From the NCBI RefSeq assembly GCF_001194135.2, contig NC_068992.1, positions 2,618,885 through 2,682,884 on the forward strand: a stretch of DNA of 64,000 nucleotides. The letters are read 5' to 3'. The translations under genes and the position numbers were made by a program. The stretch comes from Octopus bimaculoides (lineage: Eukaryota). The notes under the pieces were generated by a model. That model did not search any database. It was not told the DNA's origin and saw only the letters and a program-made list of their open reading frames with translations. This document shows, piece by piece, positions 48,441-61,215 of this stretch (its first letter is position 1; every line of letters begins with the position of its first letter).

Positions 48441-48829
48441 CTCACCTTTGTTGATATAGTATCCAGTATGATCTCTTATGCACTTTATGTAGCAGAATGT
48501 GTGGGGCAACCAGTGGACTCACTCAGTGTTGTAGATCCCAGCATCAAGATGGTCAAGCTTTGCTGCTACTGAAGAACTGACTTGGGTATGACTTCTGAAT
48601 TCCTTACAGATCATAGGAGCCATATGAGACTTCCTGATTAAACATACACACACATCTATATATGGATGCATATGTATGTGTACGTATGTATATATATCCG
48701 TCTGTGTGTGTGTGTATGCATGCAAGTCTATGTGTGTAAAAATATATATATATGTATGTATAAAGTTTTATCCATAACCATGAGCACATCAAAATATATT
48801 TTGTCAACTGTTCAAGGACCTAACAACAA

Positions 48830-49570
48830 ACTTTTGTACTTGAAATTCAGCTCTGTTCATTGGGGACATTTCACATGACAGATTATTGCAGCAAGTTCAA
48901 GTAAATGGGACTAGATACAATACTGTCCAAAAAGAATGGTCCCATTAATCCTTTTGATGATAAGCCACACCATATTGTAACTCCTAGTAAATTAACATGA
49001 CATTCCTCTGTAAAATATAGATTCTGAGGTATCCAGTAGGTGCAACTGTGGGTAGTTAACTAAGCCATTTAATTTAATTAAATATAGCCTCATCCCACCA
49101 AATAAACTTTATTGGAAAGTATGCTTCTTCTGTACAGCTTGTCAATTCCACTCACAAAACGCCACTCTTTAGTCTGGATTAAGTTCATTGAGAACATGGA
49201 GTATTCTTGGAATATAACTTTTCCAATAGAAACACTTCAAAATGTCATAGACGATTGACATTGAATTTCTTATGATTGATTCCTACTCAAATTATCTTGG
49301 ACTCTGGTATTTCATTTCTGGTGGCCTTTCTTAGTTTAAAGGACTTTCTGATGCTTGTGGTCTTTCTAGCCATTTCTTTTGGACATGCAGAACAGTTCCA
49401 TCTGCTTCAAATTTAACTCTAATTCGAGTGATGGTAAGTGGCAATGATCGTTCTGTTTGAAATTCTTGTGTAAACTGACTTTGCCCTTCGACTGAATTTC
49501 CAAACTTCCTGCAGCACATTCTGGGAAATTTTCATTAGTTCAAAGCTTAGTGTAACTCTCTTCATTAATT
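48830..49570 (-). mobile_element. Decayed DUF4817-type Tc1/mariner transposase
   Basis: KFGNSVEGQSQFTQEFQTE...[41 protein letters not shown], WWDEA (49086-49100; first catalytic Asp context) and GVTIWCGLSSKGLMGPFF (48931-48984). Multiple frameshifts. Confidence 0.85.
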
Positions 49571-49625
49571 CTAATGGGTTGAACTTGGTAAATAAAGAAC
49601 ATTTATGCATCAATGCAGTATTGAG

Positions 49626-49714
<89 letters not shown>

Positions 49715-49723
49715 ATATATTCG

Positions 49724-49905
49724 CCATGATAGATCGCTAGCCACTAAACCTTTTTTATTTTCTCTCCCTGTTTTTTTCTGTGTTCTTTTCTGTCGAAGAG
49801 CATAGGTTCGAAACGTAAAAGACTTTCTCACTTCCTGAGCATTAAACTAATACATTTGTTTGTTGTTTACACACCCATCTTCGTCTTTTGTTTTTTGTAA
49901 ATTCA
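49724..49905 (+). repeat. Interspersed repeat carrying a variant minimal hammerhead-like motif (49784-49822)
   Basis: TCTTTT-CTGTCGA-A-GAGC-ATAG-GTTC-GAA-ACGT-A-AAAGA, flanked by (TA)n. Confidence 0.5.
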
Positions 49906-49929
49906 CATTATGTGTGTGTGTGCTTGAAA

Positions 49930-50095
49930 TGGGGAATATAGACAGCTGACAACTGATGAAGGGTCCTTTCTCTGTGTTTACCTGTCCTGTGTTCCATTTT
50001 TTCTCGTTGCTTACGTATTTCACTCATTTTTCCCTCGTTTGTTTATGTATTTCATGTTATTTGCACTGCTGGTGACGTCCTGTACTCATATATGC
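49930..50095 (+). repeat. Unclassified repeat related in layout to 140-250
   Basis: CTGATGAAGGG, T-rich tract, ACGTCCTGTAC, then (TA)n. Confidence 0.35.
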
Positions 50096-50106
50096 ATGTA
50101 TATATA

Positions 50107-50139
<33 letters not shown>

Positions 50140-50421
50140 GATTTAGGTGAATAAGGCACTTAAATGGTAAGGCACCAGGTTGAGTCAAAATTAAAAATGC
50201 ATACACAGCAACTACAGACAAATAATACAAATGTTGGTACGGAAGTAAAGACAGAAAGATATTCAGGCTGTGTATACAATTAATTGAACCCAACTGAGAA
50301 TATTATCAGAAATGCACATTGTATTAAATGTACGCTCCATAATATACTTAGGAACAGACAAAGAGTAGTTTTCAAGGGAGGTGAACTGACACCTGTCCAT
50401 CATTTATTATTTATATATGTG

Positions 50422-50453
<32 letters not shown>

Positions 50454-50600
50454 TGTACTGGACAGATATATTATTTTTACACCTTTTTACCATAAGAGAG
50501 AATTTTTTTCTCCACTGTAACTGTGAGTCAATTTATCTTTAGAAGTTGAAGTATGTGACAAACATATTTTAACATACATGTATATAAATACATATACGTC

Positions 50601-50632
<32 letters not shown>

Positions 50633-50905
50633 TATCTTTATGTATACAATTGTACATATATGTGCACATACGCACAAATGTAAACAGATATATACTAATG
50701 CGGCAAACAAAAGGTGGCATGATGTATTTGGTACAACCTACCAAGACCAATGTAGTGAGGCTGATGTAATTGAGTAAATCCTTGAAAGGAAGGAGGTGCT
50801 CCAGCATGGCTGCTGTCCAATATCTGAAATCAGTGAAAGCAATGATAAAAAAATGTAAAAAAGAATAGTCTCTGGGGTGGGTGAAGTAATGCATAATCAT
50901 GAGCA

Positions 50906-51385
50906 CAGAAGGATCAGTTAATTATGATTTTATTCAACATAATCCCTTCTCAAATTCACACACTTATTGCAGGGGTCCTTCAGTTTTTCTAAGCCCTGTA
51001 AAAGAACTCAGAAGGTCGGGATGCTAACCTGACTTTTGCAATACCCAGGAAGTTTTCAGCACCCACTTTATATACATGCATATANNNNNNNNNNNNNNNN
51101 NNNNNNNNNNNNNNNNNNNNNNNNNNNNNNNNNNNNNNNNNNNNNNNNNNNNNNNNNNNNNNNNNNNNNNNNNNNNNNNNNNNNNNNNNNNNNNNNNNNN
51201 NNNNNNNNNNNNNNNNNNNNNNNNNNNNNTATGATTTCATTCAACATATTCCCCTCTCAGATTCACACACTTAGTACAGTGGTCCTTCAGTTTTTCTAAG
51301 CCCTATGAAAAGAACTCAGAAAGTTGGGCCTCCAAACAGGCCTTTCATGATACCCTTAAAGTCAGGAACTTTTCAGCATCCCTTC

Positions 51386-51388
<3 letters not shown>
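50906..51388 (-). mobile_element. Two family G mariner MITE copies (50906-51070 and 51231-51388) on either side of a gap
   Basis: Both contain GGTCCTTCAGTTTTTCTAAGCCCT and a CAGGAA.TTTTCAGCA.CC TIR. They differ at many positions, so they are not a simple contig overlap. Confidence 0.85.
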
Positions 51389-51424
<36 letters not shown>

Positions 51425-51425
51425 T

Positions 51426-51463
<38 letters not shown>

Positions 51464-52807
51464 CAGAGTGTTTGACCACATAAACACATGTGTGCATGTA
51501 TTCAACAATGCTCTTACTTTGCTAGCAAGGAATAACTGCAGTAATGTTTCAGTCTATTAAACAATAAAGTCTAGTTTCCCTTTACCTGGAAACAAAGATT
51601 ACACATACTCTCCCTCTCTCTGCTCCCCAAACGTAAATTAACTGAAAGAGGAGTTCTCATTTCATGAAATTATCTCCCCTTTTCTTTAAGTGTCGCAAAA
51701 TTTTGTTGTTAGGTTTTTGTTTCTTTCCGCTAAGTCTAACGGAATCTTCAATCATTTTAAGACTATTTTGACTATGGCATTCAGTACAACCCCCACTAGC
51801 ACTTTTCTAAGATATTTTTATTGTTTTGGGAACGAAAAGTAATTAGAAATCACGTTTCCTCTGTATCTTCTTTGCTATCTATTTTCAATTAAAGAACTTC
51901 CATAATAGAAATTATTTTCATGTTTAATATTTATTTGGTGGAGGAGAAGAAAAGAACAAAAGCAGAAGAGATACGTGTGTACACAGGAAAAAAAAAAGAA
52001 TTTTTATTAATATTTCATAGTTTTCATTTTTGTAAACAAATTTTGTACCAAAGTCTCCTTTAGATTCCATCAACAGTTCGCTAGCCATACTTTCTACTTA
52101 CTTTCTACATAGCTCTGTAGCAAAGGAAACTCAATTATTTCTATGTTGATTAGGGTTCTTAGTACGTGTCATAGTATTTGAAACCATTTCATCCTGGAAT
52201 GGTTTCTAGCATTAAAACTGTTTCCTTGGCAAAGACGCTCATATTCTGTAGACTGACATCATAACGGCTGAACCAATTGCCTGTTTCACATAAAGTTAGA
52301 GACTGATATCTTTATGTTTATCCACTTTAAATAAAATAAAATGAAAAAACAGCACTAAATAATATTTCAAGCATTCAGCTCTCTACCGTTGCTAATTTAT
52401 TGTTTCTGTCTACGGTCTAAGTATGTCTTGATAGGAAGTTGTCATGATTCTGGCAGCAGAAGTATTAAAGAAATTTGATGAAGATAGGAAATATCTATTG
52501 ACACACAGCAAAACTAATATGCACTGAATAACCTTAAGTTTTTATACTGATAAAGCCAAATGATACTAATTAATAAATGCGCTTCCGGCAAAGCCTACTT
52601 TTCTACATCTTTGATAAATAAATATCCACAGCTTTAAAATATTTTCATATGATTCACTTTTGTTCTTTGTCTGGGTTGCAGCTGTGCAGCCTGACACTAT
52701 CTCATTGAACTATATTTAAGAATACTCATCACTTGAAAATTATTTCTCACATCAAACATAGCTAATCTTGGTGAGAGAGGCAGTATGTAGGTATGTAGGT
52801 ATGTATG

Positions 52808-52839
<32 letters not shown>

Positions 52840-53044
52840 GTAAATCCCCAAAAAGAATGACAACAAACACAAAAAATCAACAACGCGATGACGTGGTACA
52901 TGTAAAGTATTAGCAGACGCNNNNNNNNNNNNNNNNNNNNNNNNNNNNNNNNNNNNNNNNNNNNNNNNNNNNNNNNNNNNNNNNNNNNNNNNNNNNNNNN
53001 NNNNNNNNNNNNNNNNNNNNNNNNNNNNNNNNNNNNNNNNNNNN

Positions 53045-53083
<39 letters not shown>

Positions 53084-53195
53084 CACACACGCACACAGAC
53101 ACTGCAAGTGCAGAAATAGATTAATGTGCTTATGCAAATTTACAAATATATCAAATATTTGAGTGTGCTGTCTAGGAGTAAAACCTGCTGCTCAG

Positions 53196-53554
53196 TTTCA
53201 ATATTGTTTTCAAATTTTGGCACAAAGCCAGAAATTTGGAGGAGGCAGTGCTCAACTGGTCCTTATTTTATCGACCTCAAAGGGAAGAAAGGTAAATTTG
53301 ACCTCAGTGGAATTTGAACTCAGAATGTAAAGATGCACTAAATACTGCTGAGTATTTTGCACAGCATGCTAATGATTGCTACCAGCTCACCACCTTTGTC
53401 AATTACAAACATGGCATCAACCACATGGTTCCAGAGCTTTACATTAACTATCTGTAATTTGATAATAGATACTTTATGTCAACCTCAGCAGAATTTGAAA
53501 CCAGAACTAAGCATTTTGCTCAGTATGCTAACCATTCTGCCACCGCGTCACCTT
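53196..53554 (-). mobile_element. Family A SINE (53196-53395) plus a second head fragment (53478-53554)
   Basis: GGAATTTGAACTCAG, ACCAGCTCACC; second fragment GAATTTGAAACCAG...ATTCTGCCA. Confidence 0.8.
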
Positions 53555-53755
53555 AAGATTTAAAACCAGACTGACTTAACTGGTCGATAGCTCACCTCTG
53601 CTCTATCAAGAATAACACAATACAATAGATTCTGTAGAAATGTAAACATTTCAGTTGACATCTCAGAACATTTGACAATATTCAATATTAAATATTTTTC
53701 TTTGACAGCATTATTTTTTCATAAATTCTTTGCACTTATTTTTCATACTTTAGCC

Positions 53756-53946
53756 CAGTGCCTCTCAGCCAGGGTCAATAAGGCCTTTGGGAGACCCTAT
53801 GAGATTTTTGTTGTTAAGATTTATCAGCAATAAATTGGTTAAGCTTGCTTCCCAACCACATGGTTCTGGGTTCAGTCTTGTTACATAGCACCTTGGCCAA
53901 GTGTCTCGGGCTTCCCAAAGCTTTGTGAGAAACTGAAAGAAGCCTG

Positions 53947-54045
<99 letters not shown>

Positions 54046-54396
54046 TGTGTCTGTGTTTGTTTCCCCATCATCGCTTGACAACTGGTGTTGATGTGTTTGC
54101 ATCCCCGTAACTTAGCAATACAGAAAAAGGGACCGATAGAATAAGTATCAAGCTTAAAAAAAAAAAAGTACTGTGGTGAATTCATGTGACTAAAAAAAAA
54201 AAATTTTCAAAGTGGTGCCCCAGCATGGCCACAGTCTAATGGCTGAAACAAGTAAAAGATAGAAAATAAACGATAATTTTTTTCATACAATTCCTTAATG
54301 ATATTTAATTATAAAAAGGTAATATAATTTCTTTTAAATACCAAGCAAAGTAGGGGCTAAAGGGGTCCATTAGTAATAAATGGTTGATGAACACTG
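53756..54396. mobile_element. hAT-like MITE interrupted by a family D SINE (about 53835-54270)
   Basis: Ends CAGTGCCTCTCAGCC and GGTTGATGAACACTG; interior similar to 63579-63811. No TSD recovered. Confidence 0.6.
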
Positions 54397-55264
54397 AAAT
54401 AAAGGATGGGAATTTTTTTTCATATACTTTCTTTAAAACTATTTTATCTCTGATAGATATTGACCTTGGAACTAATCAGGTTTAGACAAATATTAAAAGA
54501 ATGTCATGAGTGCTTATTATATTAAGTGAAAAGTAACCTTTCTCTCCTTCTCCATGAAATGGCCATCAATCATTTTAACTATTCATTATATTCTAAAATA
54601 TATCCAAAAATATATTCTGAAAATATTATCTTTTAAATTTTCTTTATTAGAAGGGTCAGTCTGATGTTGAAGTTGAGACATTGGCACTATGACTGCTTAG
54701 TGATTTTAATTGTTTTTTTTTTCTTTTTTAATATTGTAGAAATAATTATTTTAAGCAGAGTAAACATTAGTCTGATGACTTTTATTTAAAATAAATATTT
54801 GATTCTGTTGAAAAATTAATAAAATTATTGAAAATGGGTTAAATGCTTTGTGCTCTAACCATTGGTGCCTTACTATTTGGGTCTTGGAGATTGTTGAACA
54901 ATTAAAAAGCCTCTTGTGTCAAATTTGTTTTCATCTCTTTGGATATAGAAAGACAATAACTTTAAAAAGGATGGTGTAAGAGAGACAGATAATAAGTGTG
55001 TGCATGTGTGTGAGTGCATGCGTGTGTGTGCACATGTGTGTATGTGTGTGTCATTCAACTGGTAACACCTTTTTCTCATCAAACCAGACAGATGACTCGT
55101 CTGTCGCAGGTAGTAATTTCCATAGACGAGGGAATTAAATCTGTCAATGTTAACCAATAAAATGCTGCAGTATTTGAGCTTACAGCAGTAAATTTATGCT
55201 ACATGTGATCTCCTACATGGACTGCTTTAAAGGAAGGAAATACAAACTGAATTACGTACAATAT

Positions 55265-55557
55265 TGGTATCAAATTTTGCCACAGGACCAGCAGGGAGAA
55301 AGTAAGTCGATTACATCAACCCCAGCATTCAACCGGTATTTATTTTATCGATCCCCAAAAGGAAGAAAGGTAAAGTTAGCCTCAGTGGAATTTGAACTCA
55401 CAACATTCAGATGAGTTCAAATTCCACCAACGTTGACTTTGCCTTTCATCCTTTCAGGGTCAATAAATTAAGTACCAGTTGCATACTGGAGTCAATCTAA
55501 TTGACTGACCCCCTCCCCCAAAACTTACAGCCTTGTGCCTAGAGTAGAAAAGAATAT
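55265..55557. mobile_element. Fold-back pair of headless family A SINEs
   Basis: GGAATTTGAACTCA-CAACATTCAGA-TGAGTTCAAATTCC centre; minus arm 55265-55400 and plus arm 55412-55557. Confidence 0.9.
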
Positions 55558-55807
55558 CAATCTATGTGTGTGTGTGTGTGTGTGTGTTGGATAATAAAAC
55601 AAATGGTTTACACTTGGCAGCTTACTAGTAAAGCATAGGCACAAAGTCGGTTAAAAACCATGAAAAGTAAAAATCCATTAAATACCTACCTACGGCCATT
55701 TCAGAAAATATTAAGGGGCTGTAGGAATATCAAGGGGCTGTAGCACAAAAAAAAACAAAAAACAGCTGCACTATACATGGGGTATTGTCTCCATTAAAAA
55801 TTCTCTT

Positions 55808-55871
<64 letters not shown>

Positions 55872-55879
55872 GTGTGTGT

Positions 55880-56112
55880 GTGTGTCTTTGTATCAGTGTT
55901 TGTCCACAACCACTGCTTGACAACCAGTGTTAATGTGTTTACACCCCACCCCCATGACTTAGCAGTTTAGCATGCAAAAGAGAGATTGATAGAATAGGCA
56001 GCAGGCTTTAAAGTAATATAAGTACTAGCATCGATCCATTCGACTAAAAATTCTTCGAGGCAGTGCTCCAGTATGGCCGCAATCTAACGACTGAAACAAG
56101 GAAGAGATAAAA
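55880..56112 (+). mobile_element. Family D SINE 3' half
   Basis: GCTTGACAACC...GATAGAATAGG...GTGCTCCAGTATGGCCGCA...ACTGAAACAAG. Confidence 0.8.
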
Positions 56113-57272
56113 CACAATAGATATAAGCAACTCCAGTCTGGTCAGTCCCATCCAAATATCTCCGCTTTCTCTTCTCCCCAAACCTTACCATTAACAATAT
56201 TTTAATCACTGTATTAAGCCAACCAGTTTCCAAAATTTGATGGACCAATAAAAATAATAGACGCCGCTTCCCATCACTACACTAATGAGCAAAATCTCAT
56301 TTTACCCTAAAATATAGAATTTTTAATCTGCTTAGATGAAATATTTTCTTTCTTTTATATATATATATATATGTATATATTTTCTTATTATTTAACATAT
56401 TTATTCTCTTCTAAAGTGAAACCCCTTTTTAAATTCCTTGCTAATGACAAATAAAGCTAGAAAAATCAATATAAAGAGTGAGTAATAATTCCTTTGTTTT
56501 CAGATTTAATGTTATATAAAACTGTTTTAATATCCAACCGAAACTGTAAAAGATTAAGAAATGTTATATAACATAACATTTAAAGTCGGTTAAATCCATG
56601 AGATAAGGGAAGTAACTCTAAATGTTAGTTAACTGTTTCGGTTCTGACAGTAAAATATATGGCTTTAAAAATTGTCTGAAGTGAGTTTTAAGTACAGAGG
56701 AGTGGGGGGGGGATAGGGAAGAGGAGAGCTGCACAGTTATAATGCTGATAACACCGCCACCTACAACAACAACAACAACAACAACAATCAGTTTAATCTT
56801 TCCCGATTTTTTGAATAACATCTTTGATGACAGCTTTTTTAATGAGATGTTAAATGCGATAATAAACAGCGTCTGATTTACGTCAGTTGCAGATTTCAGG
56901 TGTTGCGCATTTCAACTAATACTTTCTTACCTCTCATCACTGTAGGCCTACGTCTCAGTGTGTGTGTGTGAGAGAGAGAGAGAGACAGAGGGAGAGACAG
57001 AGAGAGACTAGCAACAACAAAAAGAAAAGGAAAAAACAAGCAAAAACACTTGAAAGACATGAAGGAAATTAAACCAAAGACCCTAGTAATGAGAATAAGT
57101 AATGGCAACGGAAATGGATTGAAATAATTATAAGAATTGATAACAATTTACTTTAAAAGATAAGGGTGACGGGGTGGGGATAAAATGTCACCAATCATAT
57201 CAGAGACATTTGATGGAAGACTTTGATGGATAATAGTGTATGTGATTATTAATAATAGTATCAATTATTACT

Positions 57273-57457
<185 letters not shown>

Positions 57458-57477
57458 TATTATTGTTGTTGTTATGC

Positions 57478-57520
<43 letters not shown>

Positions 57521-57523
<3 letters not shown>

Positions 57524-58015
57524 GGTGAGCTAGCAGAATCGTTAGCACGCTGGGCAGAATGCTGAGTGGCATTTTGTCTGTCTTTACGTTCTGAGTTCAA
57601 ATTCTGCTCAGGTCAGCTTTGTTTTTTCATCCTTTCAGTACCAATAAATTAAGCTTCAGCTGAGTATTGGGGGCCGATGTAATCGAATTTGCCCTTCCCC
57701 TGAAATATCAGGCCTTGTGCCTTTTGTAGAAAGGATTATTATTATTATCATTATTATTACTTTTATTATTATTAAGGCGGTGAGCTGGCAGAAACATTAG
57801 CATGCCGGTTAAAATGCTTTGCTGTATTTTGCCTATCGTCTTTATGTATTTCTTCTGTCTTTATGTTCTGAGTTCAAATTCCACCGAGGTCGACTTTGTC
57901 TTTCATCGTTTTGGGGTCAATAAATTAAGTACCATTCAAACACTGGGGTCGATGTAATCAACTGGTCCCCTCCCCACAAATCTGTAGCAATGTACCTCCA
58001 GTAGAAAGGATTTAT
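57521..58015 (+). mobile_element. Two tandem family A SINEs (57521-57745 and 57774-58015) within (TAA)/(ATT) runs
   Basis: GGTGAGCT.GCAGAA heads, GAGTTCAAATTC B boxes, GTAGAAAGGATT(ATT)n tails. Confidence 0.9.
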
Positions 58016-58029
58016 TATTATTATTGTTG

Positions 58030-58079
<50 letters not shown>

Positions 58080-58107
58080 ATTATTATCATTATTAATATT
58101 ATTGTCA

Positions 58108-58142
<35 letters not shown>

Positions 58143-58145
<3 letters not shown>

Positions 58146-58315
58146 AACAACATCGAAAATATTTTAGGAATGAGAACCCAGGTTCAAAATTCCTCCAGGA
58201 CACCTGATGAAGGCTGGAGGGTATATCAGCCGAAACATCGTTAACAAGATGAGGACAAATATCCGTCAAATGTAAATAATGTACATAATTCCTCATCTCG
58301 CAAATATAGAACTGC
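58143..58315 (+). mobile_element. Family B copy without head
   Basis: ACATCGAAAATA...GACACCTGATGAAGGCTGGAGGGTATATCAGCCGAAAC...AATATAGAACTG. Confidence 0.9.
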
Positions 58316-58374
58316 AGAATGTAAGTTGTTGGATCCTGATACACGTAAACTGACAAGAGAGTCTATCATATACA

Positions 58375-58590
58375 CAAGGAAGTACTAAAAAGTTCCTGGG
58401 TGTAAAGGCCTCACGAAAAGCCTGGCTGGAGGCCCAATCTTCCAAGTTCATTTAGAGGCTTAGAAAAGCTGAAGGACAATTACAGTAAGTGTATGAATCT
58501 GAGAAGGGAATTATTCTTAATAAAACCATAATTAAATGATCCTCTTGTATTTTCTTTCACCCAAAACCAGGAACTTTTCAGCCCCCCCAC
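58375..58590 (+). mobile_element. Family G mariner MITE, decayed
   Basis: AAAAGTTCCTGG ... CCAGGAACTTTTCAGC TIR remnants; the interior matches 46298-46514. Confidence 0.8.
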
Positions 58591-58629
58591 CCATGTGTGT
58601 GTGTATGTGTGTGCGTGTGTGTGTGTGCA

Positions 58630-58702
<73 letters not shown>

Positions 58703-58825
58703 TGAGTGCAACTTTCATTTCTTGTAAGGACACCATTTGTCTTTTCATTTATTCTATTATCTATTCATCTGTCCATCAATCAAACAATTCAAGCAACCAG
58801 CTATTTATGTGTGTGTGTATGAATG

Positions 58826-58865
<40 letters not shown>

Positions 58866-59255
58866 CATATACACAGGCAGGGCAGTGTGTCATAGAAGTT
58901 CATTTCACAACCACACAATTTAACAATAATCTCACAGCATGGCACTTTGTGCCAGTGTCTTCTACTTATAGCCTCAAGCTGACTAAAGCCATTTCAGTAA
59001 AATGTGTGTGTTTTTGTCGTTCTGTATCTTCTCATTGAATCTCAACCTTATACAGCAATGTTTGGTCACTTATTGGTTTTTCAACAAGTGAGGGATTTCT
59101 TATTCTCCACATTCTAAAGTGAGAAGATGCTTTCCATTATTTTTTTTTTTCCACTGGTATGTTAGCAGTAATGCTAACACTAACTGTATACGACAATATT
59201 CTATAAGCAATCACAGATCTAAGCAGACACAGACACACGTTTTTATATGTCTGTA

Positions 59256-59420
59256 TGCAGGCGCGGTTGTGTGGTAAGATGCTTGCTTCCTAACCACATG
59301 GTTCCAGGTTCAGTCCCACTGTGTGGCACCTTGCGCAAGTGTCTTCTACTATAGCCTTGAGCCGACCAAAGCCTTGTGAGTGGATTTGGTAGATGGAAAC
59401 TGAAAGAAGCTTGTTGTGTG
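59256..59420 (+). mobile_element. Family D SINE 5' half (cut by gap)
   Basis: GTGTGGTAAG...GGTTCAGTCCCACTG...GACCAAAGCCTTGTGAGTGGATTTGGTAGATGGAAACTG. Confidence 0.9.
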
Positions 59421-59423
59421 TGT

Positions 59424-59459
<36 letters not shown>

Positions 59460-59834
59460 NNNNNNNNNNNNNNNNNNNNNNNNNNNNNNNNNNNNNNNNN
59501 NNNNNNNNNNNNNNNNNNNNNNNNNNNNNNNNNNNNNNNNNNNNNNNNNNNNNNNNNNNNNNNNNNNNNNNNNNNNNNNNNNNNNNNNNNNNNNNNNNNN
59601 NNNNNNNNNNNNNNNNNNNNNNNNNNNNNNNNNNNNNNNNNNNNNNNNNNNNNNNNNNNNNNNNNNNNNNNNNNNNNNNNNNNNNNNNNNNNNNNNNNNN
59701 NNNNNNNNNNNNNNNNNNNNNNNNNNNNNNNNNNNNNNNNNNNNNNNNNNNNNNNNNNNNNNNNNNNNNNNNNNNNNNNNNNNNNNNNNNNNNNNNNNNN
59801 NNNNNNNNNNNNNNNNNNNNNNNNNNNNNNNNNN

Positions 59835-59884
<50 letters not shown>

Positions 59885-60841
59885 TATATGTGTGTGTATA
59901 TATACATTATATATGTGTGTGTATATATATATAGGCTGATTGCTTCTGGCTAGAAAAAGAGAGGAGGGAGATAGGAAAAGTCATAGAGGTAGATTCATAT
60001 TTTTGGCTTCCCTTAACCAAGTTTTATTAAAAATGTCACTATATTTGTGTTTAACATTTTTATGAAGGAATTTTCACATTTCTGCATTAATGCCCTATGT
60101 TTTTGTTTGGAACCATAAATTTCTTCGTTCCATTGATGTTTAAAGATCTTCCTGTTGTTGCTCTTATTGTTGTCAGTGAGTATCACATTGGTACATTGGT
60201 ATGTCTGTGGCTCATTTGTTGCTTCAGATCTTTAAATTTTCCAGTCATCAATGTTCATATTTCTCTCGGCAAACAAGCAAATAATGTCTGATCTTAGTTT
60301 ATTGCTAAAATACACCATGTTGAAAGTTGCTTCGTATAATGCTATTAATATAGCTTTCAGGACTAATCTTTTAGGTTTATGTTATTCTATATAAGAAATT
60401 TGTATCATCAACTAATGTTTCTCTATCTTGTTCTGCTTTCTATTGGGTAATATAATGTGTTTCAGTGGCATCTTCTTGTAAATGCATAGTAGGTTGGTGA
60501 AAATAGGTCATATTTGTATGTCTAATGTAAACATTAGTCATAAAATTTACACCTTTTGTGTTTACATATGAATTTATAAATCACATTAGTCATCAGAAAT
60601 ACCTTTTTGTTGTTGAAGAAGAGTTTTTTTTTAATTTTAGTGTTTTTGGTATGTATCTTTATTGCTAATTTATGATTAGGTATTGTACATATTGTGGTTT
60701 GTTTAGCTGAGATCAATGAGTTATAAAAAGATATTTATGAAGGGAGAAGCATTTAAAGAACGGGTTTGAAGATATCAGCATTGTCAGTGAAGATATGTTG
60801 TTAGCAAAAGGATATTGAGGACTACTCTGTGTGTGTGTGCA

Positions 60842-60872
<31 letters not shown>

Positions 60873-61215
60873 TAGATGAATGAAGCTTTCATTTCATGTA
60901 AGGACACCATTTGTGTTTTCGTTATTCTCTTATCTATTCATCTGTCTATCTATTAAACAATCCAAGCAACCAACTGTTTATATGAATATTTGATGACTGG
61001 AAAGTTTAAATATCTGAAACAACAAATGAACCACAGATTTTCCCAGTGAACTTGTGATACTCACTGACAACAACAAAGAGTAACAGAAAGAAAACCTTTA
61101 GAAGTTCATTTCACAACCACACGATTTAACATTAATCTCACAGCATGGCATCTTGAGCCAGTGTCTTCTACTATAGACTCAAGCCATTTCAGTGAAATAC
61201 AGCAATGATGTTTGA

